Shown piece after piece: positions 37,519-49,304 of a stretch of 64,000 bases of DNA (position 1 is its first letter; each line of letters begins with the position of its first letter). Source of the stretch: Candidatus Poseidoniales archaeon (GTDB taxonomy: Archaea; Thermoplasmatota; Poseidoniia; Poseidoniales; Thalassarchaeaceae); assembly GCA_028283505.1 (NCBI GenBank), contig JAPOFX010000001.1, positions 8,197 through 72,196 on the forward strand, given 5' to 3'. Made by a program: the position numbers and the translations under genes. The notes under the pieces are model-generated. The model was given only the letters and a program-made list of their open reading frames with translations. It had not been told where the DNA came from and made no database searches.

Positions 37519-40500
37519 TGGAATTCTTCTACGAGGATGATCACAGGCCGGCATCCCCAATTCACCCAATTGAGGCGGTAAAGAAGCTCCTGGTAAAGAC
37601 AGGAGACCTTGGGGGGAGGGCTTCGAGATCGGAATTTTGGAATTCCTTTTGGTTCTACTTGCTACTTTCGCCATTCCTGTTCGTAACAGATATTTTTTAC
37701 AGGAATGCAATTTCATCAATCTCCTCATTCGTGGGGGTGGGATTACTTGACACTCTTCTCTTTGACCCTCTGTCCTACTTCGTAATCTTGCTTGAATTGG
37801 CATTGTTCTACTCTTTCACGAGTGTAACTGTCCGAAGATTGCATGATTCAGGAAGAACGGGTTGGTGGTTGATCACTACCCCTATACCTCTCCTCAACTT
37901 TGTATTGCCTTTCTTCCTTATACAGGAAGGAGAATCTAACAAAAATAGGTTTGGATCAGTCCCAGATAATCTTCCGATAGACGCATCACTGCTCGAGATA
38001 TCATATGCTATCCCTGACAATATTTCAATGGCCCTCAGAAGTGCTTGGAAGGGAAGAGAAAGGGTGCTTGCAGTTTTTGCTGGGGTTTTCTTGGCATCCC
38101 TCGTTATTACAACAGTCCTGGCATACTCTGCTGGATTGAGTGGAGCTTTCCTGCAATTCTCTCTCCAGGAGGAAATCTTCGATGGCAAGGTGGATTTCGC
38201 AGATGACCCTGGACAGGATTCAGAAGGTAGAACAAACGACTCATCACTCTGGGAAACCGCATGCTCTGAACTCATTCAGATGGATGAGATATCCGACTGC
38301 GGGCTAGTATTTGGTAGACAGGGTGTGAGGGTCAATGGGTTTTTTGATGATGGCGCTATAATACCTCAGCCCCTAAATGCCGTGGGAGCCAGCAGCAGTG
38401 TTGGGGATTGGAATAATGTCAGTTGGGAATACCCTGAGGCCTACGAATCAGGCCCTCCGATCAATGACAAGAGAACAATAAGATTCTACGGAGATGGAAT
38501 ATGGGACGGTGATCTCGGGGAGAGGCATTCCAACCGGGTGATATATGGTTCATGGCCCAATAGTGCCGAAGAGGCGACTATGAACCGCTCGGTTATCTTA
38601 CCCTCTCAGATCGCAGGAAGGGCAGGAGTCGGAGTCAATGACACCCTTGAGTCATTGACATTCTCCTACACACATGACTACCTCGGCTACCAAGATCTTG
38701 CTTCGGGTTTTGATGATTGCCCTGGATACGAATACTTCAACGAGGAATCTGGGTTCCTTTATTGCCAAGTCAACATGACAGTGTACGATCTTAAGGTAGT
38801 CGCAGTTTACCAAGAAGGCGGGGCAGGAAACCCAACCCTCCTCTTTAACCCAATCATGGTCTCAGCTTCGGTTCTCAACGACTCTCAGAAACTGACTCTG
38901 ATGGATAAGGATCATGGATACCTCGGCATAGCCGTGGACAGAAACCAACTCCCTTCCTCATCGACAAGAGCAGCCACTGAATGGCTGGATGGATTGAAGG
39001 AGGATATCGAGGGGGCCAATTACACTGCGGGTGATGACATATTGGTCGAGTACAACGATTTGATTTCAGGCACCATTACGTTCCTAAACATCTTTCTTGG
39101 GATAATAAGCGTCTTCGACTACATCCTGATGATTCCAATTGTGATACTATCTTTCTCAGTTCTGATTTATGGTCTGATACTTTCTCTAGAACAGAGAAGA
39201 AGGGAGATTTCTATCCATAGGGTCATCGGAGGAACAGAATCAACTCTCGGCTCAATGATTCTCCGAGAGCTGGCAGTTGTGGGGGTAATTGGATGGTTCT
39301 TCGGATACATCCTTGCAATGGCATCTGTGCCCGTGGTCCTCGACGCTGTCGGTTTCATGGCTTTTGAGAAAAGTGACTTCCGTGTGGTCCCCACTCTAAG
39401 TGGCTCAGTAACCCTCCTAATTTTCTCCGTGACTGTCGGTATCACATTACTATTCGGCAACTCTCGAACGACAGAATTTCTCAGCATAGAAATCGATGAG
39501 GGAGTACGTAGAGTTGCCCCGAGGAAGAAATCAAGGCTTTGGCTTCATCTCTTAGTCTTCTTTATCGGGATCCTATCTTTTGCTGAGAGTTGGATAGAGA
39601 GTAACGGGGGATTTGGACCATGGGGTTCAGGGGGAATCAACTCCAATTTCATAGTCGACGGTCTTTTATTCCTATTCGGGCCATTCTTCCTGTGGATAGG
39701 AGGTGCGTTAGTCCTCGGCAGAATTGGAGCTGCTGGACCCAGAATCTTTACCACATTGTTCGGCTGGACGCCGGCACTGACTGATATCAAGAGAGGATTG
39801 AGGGGATCAGGATCTAGCGAGTCAGTGAATCGTCTTGCGATCATCCTCCTTCTCACACTCTCCATAGTGACAGTTGCCGCCGTCCAAGGGTACACCGGAA
39901 CTCTCGTTGATGAGAGGACCACATCCGCCCAAACCGGTGCGGACTTACAAGTGCAGTTCGATGAGCCAATCTCAAAGCAACAAGCCATAGAAAATGTAAA
40001 TCTGGCCATTGAAAGAGCCGACGTTCCCGAGATCGACAGGATTGATTACATGACTTCTGTTGGAGACATCTTCACAAATCAGAAGGGAGAGGGCTCACTC
40101 CTGAGAACATGGGTACTCTTTGATGGTCATGAAGATACCCTCCAATGGGACGAACAGGCAATACCCGGTAGTGACATCGGGACCGTATCAGCTGATTGGG
40201 CAATGGCAGGATTTACAGCCGGAGGAGCGGCAAGAGACCAATTGGATGTTTCTAGGTCAGATGTCGGAGGTAATGTAACACTGCAGTACACCTCGTATGG
40301 ATTTGGAGGTTTCGACAGCGAAATGAATCCAATAATCACATCTACAGTCACAGAGGTGGAGGTGACATACATGGGGGGACATAGGTGGGTACCTGGCTTG
40401 CTATCCTCGGAGTCATCACAAGCAGTAGTCATTGGCGAGGAATCCTACAAGCTCCTCCTAGGTCCGACCGCTGTGGATGATTACACATCCAATCGCTGGT

Positions 40501-41087
40501 TCTTCGAGCTTTGTGACCAAACTCAGAAAAATTGCAAAAATGCGTTGAAGACTCTCGGAGTTGAGGTATCAAATGGAGAGGGAGTTGCATCCGCCAGCGA
40601 TTGGGGAACAAACCATGAGGCCAATGAACGAACGGGCGGGTTGATCTTTGGTACTCCCGGACTACTGAGTCTACAATTCGTCGTGGCATCATTGGCCTCA
40701 ATAGCTTCGGCATTCGTATTCCTATCTCTTGTACTATCACAGAGGAAGAAGGAGCTAGCTATTCTCCAGGCGATAGGAGCAAGCCCCGCACAGGTCCTGC
40801 GTCTGGTACTTTTCGAGATAATGGCCATCCTTCTTGTTAGCATGGCCCTAGGCGTTATTCTAGGGTTAGCAATATCGGAGGCATTCAATGGATTCTTCGG
40901 CGTATTTGGTTTCATATTCCAGATATTCCTAGGTCAAAGCGCCCCTATAGATAGGGACTTAGTATGGCCTTGGACTGAACTGATATTCGTGAACGCCTCT
41001 GTTCTTGTCGCAGTAGTGATAGCACTTCTAGTAACAACCAGAAGGGCGTTGAAGTCGGATCTGGCAATAGTACTGAAGGGGGAGTGA
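37515..41087 (+). CDS. FtsX/MacB-type ABC permease (two FtsX domains) with N-terminal DUF805 fusion
   Basis: N-terminal GRASRSEFW..VRRLHDSGRTGWW..NRFG (DUF805); two FtsX motifs, QRRREISIHRVIG and QRKKELAILQAIGA; two large extracytoplasmic loops. Confidence 0.85.
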   Translation: MMEFFYEDDHRPASPIHPIEAVKKLLVKTGDLGGRASRSEFWNSFWFYLLLSPFLFVTDIFYRNAISSISSFVGVGLLDTLLFDPLSYFVILLELALFYSFTSVTVRRLHDSGRTGWWLITTPIPLLNFVLPFFLIQEGESNKNRFGSVPDNLPIDASLLEISYAIPDNISMALRSAWKGRERVLAVFAGVFLASLVITTVLAYSAGLSGAFLQFSLQEEIFDGKVDFADDPGQDSEGRTNDSSLWETACSELIQMDEISDCGLVFGRQGVRVNGFFDDGAIIPQPLNAVGASSSVGDWNNVSWEYPEAYESGPPINDKRTIRFYGDGIWDGDLGERHSNRVIYGSWPNSAEEATMNRSVILPSQIAGRAGVGVNDTLESLTFSYTHDYLGYQDLASGFDDCPGYEYFNEESGFLYCQVNMTVYDLKVVAVYQEGGAGNPTLLFNPIMVSASVLNDSQKLTLMDKDHGYLGIAVDRNQLPSSSTRAATEWLDGLKEDIEGANYTAGDDILVEYNDLISGTITFLNIFLGIISVFDYILMIPIVILSFSVLIYGLILSLEQRRREISIHRVIGGTESTLGSMILRELAVVGVIGWFFGYILAMASVPVVLDAVGFMAFEKSDFRVVPTLSGSVTLLIFSVTVGITLLFGNSRTTEFLSIEIDEGVRRVAPRKKSRLWLHLLVFFIGILSFAESWIESNGGFGPWGSGGINSNFIVDGLLFLFGPFFLWIGGALVLGRIGAAGPRIFTTLFGWTPALTDIKRGLRGSGSSESVNRLAIILLLTLSIVTVAAVQGYTGTLVDERTTSAQTGADLQVQFDEPISKQQAIENVNLAIERADVPEIDRIDYMTSVGDIFTNQKGEGSLLRTWVLFDGHEDTLQWDEQAIPGSDIGTVSADWAMAGFTAGGAARDQLDVSRSDVGGNVTLQYTSYGFGGFDSEMNPIITSTVTEVEVTYMGGHRWVPGLLSSESSQAVVIGEESYKLLLGPTAVDDYTSNRWFFELCDQTQKNCKNALKTLGVEVSNGEGVASASDWGTNHEANERTGGLIFGTPGLLSLQFVVASLASIASAFVFLSLVLSQRKKELAILQAIGASPAQVLRLVLFEIMAILLVSMALGVILGLAISEAFNGFFGVFGFIFQIFLGQSAPIDRDLVWPWTELIFVNASVLVAVVIALLVTTRRALKSDLAIVLKGE

Positions 41088-41090
41088 GAT

Positions 41091-42086
41091 ATGGAGGGGG
41101 AGTCTATAATTCTTGAAGCCAAGAACATGTACCACATCTACGAAAGCATGAGCCTGGAAGGCAATGTAGTCGCACTCAGAGGTCTCAATGTCAAGATCAA
41201 TGAGGGAGAGGCAGTTGCTGTCATAGGGCCATCAGGATCTGGAAAATCAACTCTTCTGAAGTGCCTGGGTGGCTTGATGAAGCCATCATCAGGCTCGGTT
41301 TCCCTGGGCGGAAAGGAAATGATCAGGATGACAGGAACAGAACTAGTCAAACTCAGGCAGGAGACGGTATCTTTCATATTCCAAGACTCAAACCTACTTC
41401 CTGATCTGAATGCCCTTGACAATGTCGCACAGCCACTCAGGCATCAAGGTGTAATGCCCGGACCTGCGAGAGCCAAGGCTATGCAGCTACTGGAGAGGCT
41501 AGCGATGGGAGACAGATGGATGGGCATGCCTGAACAACTTTCTGGAGGGGAACAACAGCGAGTAGCAATAGCAAGGGCATTGATTACAAATCCGAAGTTA
41601 ATCTTGGCAGACGAGCCTACAGGAGCACTGGATCCAATAACCAGCAGGGAGGTACTGGAGTTATTCGAGAGACTTCACGAAGAGGAGGATGTCGCCTTCT
41701 TACTCGTTACCCACAACAGGGACGTTGCATACTTCTGTGAGAGGTCTCTGGAGCTAAGAGAGGGAAGGTTTGTGGCACAACATGGTACAGATTTCGATTT
41801 GTCCGACCTCTCTGGAACCAGAGAGTTGATAATAGACGATACCGGAACTATAACTCTACCCCCCGATCTCCTGCTGAAGCTTGGAGGACCTGGGAGATTC
41901 GACGTTCCCGGTGTGGAAAGGGATTCTCTAAATCTAGAGAGAGTGGAGGATGACAAAATAGAGGTTGAAGCTAAGACGAAGAGAGAACTAGTCCAGACCT
42001 GTCCGGCATGCAACTATGATTACGCGGATTCAATAGATCAGACCTGCCCGGAATGTGGATCTACGAGACCCATTGTTCATACCTGA
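41091..42086 (+). CDS. ABC ATP-binding protein with C-terminal AbrB-like segment and zinc ribbon
   Basis: GPSGSGKST, LSGGEQQR and ADEPTG; tail IDDTGTITLPPDLL and CPAC..CPEC. Confidence 0.88.
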   Translation: MEGESIILEAKNMYHIYESMSLEGNVVALRGLNVKINEGEAVAVIGPSGSGKSTLLKCLGGLMKPSSGSVSLGGKEMIRMTGTELVKLRQETVSFIFQDSNLLPDLNALDNVAQPLRHQGVMPGPARAKAMQLLERLAMGDRWMGMPEQLSGGEQQRVAIARALITNPKLILADEPTGALDPITSREVLELFERLHEEEDVAFLLVTHNRDVAYFCERSLELREGRFVAQHGTDFDLSDLSGTRELIIDDTGTITLPPDLLLKLGGPGRFDVPGVERDSLNLERVEDDKIEVEAKTKRELVQTCPACNYDYADSIDQTCPECGSTRPIVHT

Positions 42087-43096
42087 GGAAGCACGAACCT
42101 CTGTGGCTTCGCAATCCCCAGATCCTTCGGAAGCTCCATGTTTGCCGCAGGAAGCTCAACTGGAATCATCTTCTTGCCGATCAGTGCCACCCTGCTCTCC
42201 CTTCTATCTGAGAGTAGCTTTCGTCCGACTAGAGGGGCGAGATTCTCTGAGAACTCAATGATTTCACGGTGGGTAGGCATGTTATCAACCGAGAGGTTGT
42301 TCCTACTATTTCCTACGTTGACGTACCCTTTCGCCTCGATAAAATCCGGATCTGCTAAATTATCCAATCTGGCGTAATCAGCGTGAAAACCTAGTGATTC
42401 ATGCTTTATCAGAGTGTGCCTGCAAACCGTCCTTGTGTCCAAGCTAGGAAGCAATTCCAGCGTCTCCTCCAACTTGTGAAAGGCACCTTGGTCGAACTTC
42501 GGCTTGCATAGGCGGTCAAATATTTCTTTGTTTGGAGCATCCACTGAGACATAGAGTTGTGTAGGCAACGGATCTAGGTTCTCAATAACCTTCGGAAGAC
42601 TTCCATTTGTGACCAAAAACGTCGATGTTCCATGATTGTGACATACCTCCAAAAACTCACCAAGCCTGGAGTATAGAGTGGGCTCTCCATTCAGTGATAT
42701 CGCCACATGTTTGGGGTTCTGGGCCTCTAGAAACTTCTTCTTGTTTGCCTTTGGATTTCCTCCAAATCCAGTTAGTAGTCGACGATGTGCCTTTACAGAT
42801 TCCAAATAAAGCTCATATGGGTCATCATCAATTTTGTTTAGAGTTTCTGAATGGGGCTCCCTCCAACAATATGTACAACCCAGATTACATGTGTCTACGT
42901 TAGGCGCCATCTGCATGCATCCATGACTCTCTATTCCGTAGAATGTTCCTTTGTAGCAGGACCTGTCAGCAACTAAACTCTGTTTGGTCCAGTGGCAGAC
43001 CTTCACTCCTCCATGCTCTCCGACCAACTGATACTTCTGCTTCGAGAGCTTTGCGGCGATCATCGGTTCTATCTTGGTAAACACCGTGTCTTGCAT
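42077..43096 (-). CDS. taw1: 4-demethylwyosine synthase (radical SAM)
   Basis: VKVCHWTK, CYK..FYGIESH.C, CNLGCTYCWR, HVAISLNGEPTLY, FLVTNG, QLYVSVDA and FIEAKGY. Track start is 43120. Confidence 0.93.
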   Translation of the reverse strand: MQDTVFTKIEPMIAAKLSKQKYQLVGEHGGVKVCHWTKQSLVADRSCYKGTFYGIESHGCMQMAPNVDTCNLGCTYCWREPHSETLNKIDDDPYELYLESVKAHRRLLTGFGGNPKANKKKFLEAQNPKHVAISLNGEPTLYSRLGEFLEVCHNHGTSTFLVTNGSLPKVIENLDPLPTQLYVSVDAPNKEIFDRLCKPKFDQGAFHKLEETLELLPSLDTRTVCRHTLIKHESLGFHADYARLDNLADPDFIEAKGYVNVGNSRNNLSVDNMPTHREIIEFSENLAPLVGRKLLSDRRESRVALIGKKMIPVELPAANMELPKDLGIAKPQRFVLPQV

Positions 43097-43169
43097 GCAA
43101 ATCCCCACTCCGTATCCCACAGAGGGGACGTGTCGAGGAGCGTCCGTGAGAGTAGGAGAATATCAATCC

Positions 43170-43799
43170 TCACTCGTACTTTATCCCAGTCCCATAAGCG
43201 TAAATCTCAACTCCTCTAACAGTATTCCTGCTATTGGATGACTGGGGTGTCATACTTGCTGTATCAATTCTCACGTTTATGACTTCATCCCAACCCTCCG
43301 CCTCGGCTTGCTCTCGCAACCTCTGCATGACCTCGGCCCTTCCTGCAGATATTACCTGTTGAAAAACAGTAACGCTCCCTCCGATTAGATTGTTGAAGAA
43401 CCCGATCATTAGATGCCAGTGGCTCGGTCCGAAGACCCCGTTGGCATGGACCAGTCCCGCATTAGAAACGCTCGTCCTGTAGCCGCCATCAATAGAACTC
43501 AGAATCTCACGTCCCATCCTGTTCCTCAGCGAATTCCTCCTTTGATTTGCCTCCTCGTGCATCCTTTCCACTTTTTTGCCACTGAAGGCTGCTCCCCACA
43601 GGAACATTGCAGGCCACAAAATCATCCAAACTATTCCAAACAGAGACAGAAGGATGAACGGGAGCAAGAAGATTAGGACTAAGGGAAGCCCCTCTTCCTC
43701 ACCGGTTCCTCCCTGCGCTACTACGTTCAATGAGAATGCCACGAAAGCCATAATTGTCAATAATGAGAATAATCCCACATTGGCGATGGAGGTTTTCAT
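43170..43799 (-). CDS. Membrane-anchored YbjQ-family protein
   Basis: Two N-terminal hydrophobic segments; NLIGGSV..GRAEVMQRLREQA..VINVRI..EIYAYGTG. Confidence 0.75.
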   Translation of the reverse strand: MKTSIANVGLFSLLTIMAFVAFSLNVVAQGGTGEEEGLPLVLIFLLPFILLSLFGIVWMILWPAMFLWGAAFSGKKVERMHEEANQRRNSLRNRMGREILSSIDGGYRTSVSNAGLVHANGVFGPSHWHLMIGFFNNLIGGSVTVFQQVISAGRAEVMQRLREQAEAEGWDEVINVRIDTASMTPQSSNSRNTVRGVEIYAYGTGIKYE

Positions 43800-43809
43800 T
43801 TAACCACCT

Positions 43810-44145
43810 TTATTCGTATTTCACAGCTGTTCCATAAGCAAAGAGCTCTGCAGCACCGGCAGTTATAGCTGATGTAGCAAATCTAACATTTACGACTGCT
43901 GTTGCGCCTATCGACATCGCATCAGCAACCATTCTCCCCACCGCCTCGTTCCTAGACTCCTGTAGTAGTTCGGTGTATTGAGTCAACTCTCCACCCACTA
44001 TATTCTTCAATCCCGCGAAGATGTCCTTTCCCACGTTCTTAGCTCTTACAGTGGATCCACTCACTACTCCCATTGTCTCTGTGATTATCTTTCCAGGGAT
44101 TGTCTCTGTATTGACCACTAGGATACCATTCACTACCTGTTGCAT
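43810..44145 (-). CDS. YbjQ / UPF0145 family protein
   Basis: TETIPGK..GVVSGSTVRAKNVGKD..KNIVGGEL..YTELL..R..A..AVVNVRF..AYGTAV. Track start is 44175. Confidence 0.92.
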   Translation of the reverse strand: MQQVVNGILVVNTETIPGKIITETMGVVSGSTVRAKNVGKDIFAGLKNIVGGELTQYTELLQESRNEAVGRMVADAMSIGATAVVNVRFATSAITAGAAELFAYGTAVKYE

Positions 44146-44201
44146 GAGGTTCATTCCTGGGGGAGGGCACTTCAATGTACTGGCGAATCAAGGTGTGAAA
44201 G

Positions 44202-46383
<2,182 letters not shown>

Positions 46384-46387
46384 TTTC

Positions 46388-46909
46388 TTGGAGACAATAG
46401 TCCTTGGCGGAGGGTGTTTTTGGTGCGTAGAGGGGGCTATAAAAGGCCTGAGAGGAGTTTCAGAAGTTATTCCTGGATATTCAGGAGGGCATCTGGAAAA
46501 TCCCACATACGAGCAGGTATGTGCAAAGAATACTGGTCATGCAGAGGTAGTAAAGGTTACATTTGACCCATCGATAATCAATACAGCTACTCTCCTTGAA
46601 GTATTCTTCACATGTCACGACCCAACTCAGCTGAATAGACAGGGAAATGACATAGGACCACATTACAGAAGCGCGATATTCTATACTTCGGAAGGCCAGA
46701 GGGAGGATTCTGAGTCTGTCATCGAGAAGATGGAGGCCCTATATGAAAATGAAATCGTCACTGAGGTAACAGCTTTCAAGAACTTCTACGTAGCAGAAAA
46801 TTACCACCACGACTACTTCAAGAACAACCCCTCAAACCCTTATTGCAGGGGGATCGTCGCTCCGAAAATAGCAAAGACTAGAGCCAAGCACGGTGATCTG
46901 TATGAGTGA
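46388..46909 (+). CDS. msrA: Peptide-methionine (S)-S-oxide reductase
   Basis: GGCFWC, GYSGG, PTYEQVC..TGHAE, HDPTQLNRQGND.G..YRSAI and AENYHHDY. Confidence 0.96.
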   Translation: METIVLGGGCFWCVEGAIKGLRGVSEVIPGYSGGHLENPTYEQVCAKNTGHAEVVKVTFDPSIINTATLLEVFFTCHDPTQLNRQGNDIGPHYRSAIFYTSEGQREDSESVIEKMEALYENEIVTEVTAFKNFYVAENYHHDYFKNNPSNPYCRGIVAPKIAKTRAKHGDLYE

Positions 46910-47930
46910 CAGTGTCGTACTAAGGCCAGAGCCATGGGGCCTACACCTCTTAGGATTAATCAGCCCGATCCTGGCAATAGCCGGAAATCTCCTGGGAGGT
47001 GTTTACACGATGTTAGGTGTCATCTTCATTTGGGGGATAGGGCCGATATTGGATGTGGCCCTCGGTGAGTCAAAAAATCCTAGGCCTCCACGAGAATCAG
47101 GAACTCCATTTGAAACCCTACTTTGGGTCCATGGATTACTGCATTTCGTCATGCTTGGGACATTCTTCGTTTTCGCAGCGAGCGAGGGGATGACGAGATG
47201 GCTAGTAGCCGCCTCGCTGTCTACTGGATTAGTTGCAGCGGCATCGGCCATCGTCACCGCACATGAACTAGGCCACAAGAAACCGAAAAGTCCTGGTTGG
47301 AGGTTAGCAAGAGCCCTTTTGTTCAGCATAAATTATTCCCATTTCACGACCGAGCATAACCACAATCATCACAAGAACGTTTCCACGGACAAGGATCCGG
47401 CGAGCGCTACCTATGAACAGGGTCTCTGGTCATTCTGGATTTCGACCATTCCCGGCCAGTTCAAGTCATCGGTTGCTGTTCACAACAGAAAGGGTCGAAA
47501 GGGCTTGAAAAACCCCTCATGGAGGGGACTTTTCCTCCAACTATCCGCTATCATGTCACTACTAGCCTTGTACACTTTCGGATTTTCATGGGCCTTACCG
47601 GTTGTAGTCGGATGGCTTATCGCCTCATCCATCGCAATACTGACCTTAGAGTATGTCAACTACATCCGGCACTGGGGCCTTAGGAGGATCGACGGCGGAA
47701 GGTTTGAGGAAGGGCACGCATGGAATACCGAGGCAAGATGGTCCAGATGGAGCCTCCTAGAACTGACACGTCACTCTGATCACCACCTCCACGCGTCGGT
47801 TCCCTTCTGGAAGTTGCGCCCCTATCCAGATGCTCCTAGGTTGCCCTCTGGATACTACGCCTGCTGGTGGCCGTGCTTGATACCTCCTCTCTGGAAAAGA
47901 ATGATGAAGGGAAGGGCACCCAGCGTCTGA
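46902..47930 (+). CDS. AlkB-like membrane di-iron monooxygenase / desaturase
   Basis: His boxes HELGH, EHNHNHH, NYIRHWG and LTRHSDHH; DPASA; P.LPSGY; several TM helices. Confidence 0.82.
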   Translation: MSDSVVLRPEPWGLHLLGLISPILAIAGNLLGGVYTMLGVIFIWGIGPILDVALGESKNPRPPRESGTPFETLLWVHGLLHFVMLGTFFVFAASEGMTRWLVAASLSTGLVAAASAIVTAHELGHKKPKSPGWRLARALLFSINYSHFTTEHNHNHHKNVSTDKDPASATYEQGLWSFWISTIPGQFKSSVAVHNRKGRKGLKNPSWRGLFLQLSAIMSLLALYTFGFSWALPVVVGWLIASSIAILTLEYVNYIRHWGLRRIDGGRFEEGHAWNTEARWSRWSLLELTRHSDHHLHASVPFWKLRPYPDAPRLPSGYYACWWPCLIPPLWKRMMKGRAPSV

Positions 47931-48460
47931 GATATGCTCAATATGCATCTAACCCGTCCCACTCAACTATCTTCATGAGTAACCTTCAATTCATGATTGG
48001 TCAACAGACTTCTGTGGTTGTTCCTAGGACCGAACAGGATGATGAGGTTCCGGTCGACAAGGCTTGGGCCATCCACGCTGCGATAATAGGTCTAAACACT
48101 GGTAATCTTCTATTCAGGGGTTTGGAGTTAGATCCTGTTAATCCGGAAATGGTAACCGTAGCCTGCTTGGCGGTCTTAGCTGCGGCGTTACCATTCCAAG
48201 CTATATTCTTTCTAATCAATTCGTATATTCAGGAGGCACCGAATGTGCATGAGATAGAGTACATAATGTTACAGAGGCTATCCCTAATCTGTCAGACTAT
48301 ATCTTATCTCTCACTTACTGCAATTGGAATTCTGATGTTTGAGACCCACGTCTATGTTGGAGGCAGCTTCTTTGTAGGTTGTATTGTAGCATTTTTCCTT
48401 TTGAGGGCGGCCATGAATCAAGCAGAGGCTCTAGCAACCAATATTAGGGTTAATTCGTAG
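47867..48460 (+). CDS. Hypothetical membrane protein
   Basis: About four hydrophobic segments; true start probably ATG 47975 or 47993. Confidence 0.55.
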   Translation: MAVLDTSSLEKNDEGKGTQRLRYAQYASNPSHSTIFMSNLQFMIGQQTSVVVPRTEQDDEVPVDKAWAIHAAIIGLNTGNLLFRGLELDPVNPEMVTVACLAVLAAALPFQAIFFLINSYIQEAPNVHEIEYIMLQRLSLICQTISYLSLTAIGILMFETHVYVGGSFFVGCIVAFFLLRAAMNQAEALATNIRVNS

Positions 48461-48494
48461 AGAGGTTGATTTCTCCCCCTCCTTTGTGAGGCAT

Positions 48495-49304
48495 ATGGCC
48501 GACGCCTTTGCGATGCCCAGCCTACCTCCAGCATCCCCATGGGATGCTTACATTCTGATGCTATTAGTCCCCTTCATAATGAGACTTGTATTTGTTGCAC
48601 CTCCCCTGATGGATCTTGTCAACACCTATGCCCCCCCTGGTGAAAGGACAAAGCATGTCAGGTGGTTCCTCGAACAGATCAAATTGTTGCCAATTAAGGG
48701 CTTCTGGTTGATCGTCCTCAACGAAACTCTGTCATTCTTGTTGCCAGCGCTAATTGCGTTATCTACACGTTATTTCCTTGGCCCAATTGGCTGGCCAACT
48801 TGGGAGGATACTCCTCGTCTAGGGGTCATCCTTCTGTTGGTTGCTGGAGCAATTTGGCTACTATCGGACTTCTCAAAAGTTATGAGGTCCAGAAGGGATA
48901 TTCAGTCAATTGCCAAGTACAATCTGTCAACAGCAAAGATGGTGGTTCAAGGAGCAGTTGTAGGCAGGAGCATCCTCCAGAACGTTAGTGATTCAGGTAT
49001 TCCTAGGCCTTGGAGGGAAATAGTGGATGTGGAATTCGAAGTTGATGGAGAGACTACAATCGTTCGAGAAAGCAATCCAATGACTGAGGTGATATATTCT
49101 CTGCTTGACAGGGGGGCGGATGCATTAGAGGAAATTCTTGGAAGAGTAAAGGAACCAGCCAACGCTGCTATTGAAAAACTCGATAGAGAGATTCAGGATA
49201 GAGTAACAGAACGGGTCCAAGCGTCGGCAAAGTCATTATTCCAGAATATAATCTTCTCAATAGCGCCAATAGCGGTTCTGATAGGTCTAGACCAACTCAT
49301 TTAG
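48495..49304 (+). CDS. Hypothetical membrane protein
   Basis: Three N-terminal and one C-terminal hydrophobic segments around a helical acidic region. Confidence 0.6.
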   Translation: MADAFAMPSLPPASPWDAYILMLLVPFIMRLVFVAPPLMDLVNTYAPPGERTKHVRWFLEQIKLLPIKGFWLIVLNETLSFLLPALIALSTRYFLGPIGWPTWEDTPRLGVILLLVAGAIWLLSDFSKVMRSRRDIQSIAKYNLSTAKMVVQGAVVGRSILQNVSDSGIPRPWREIVDVEFEVDGETTIVRESNPMTEVIYSLLDRGADALEEILGRVKEPANAAIEKLDREIQDRVTERVQASAKSLFQNIIFSIAPIAVLIGLDQLI

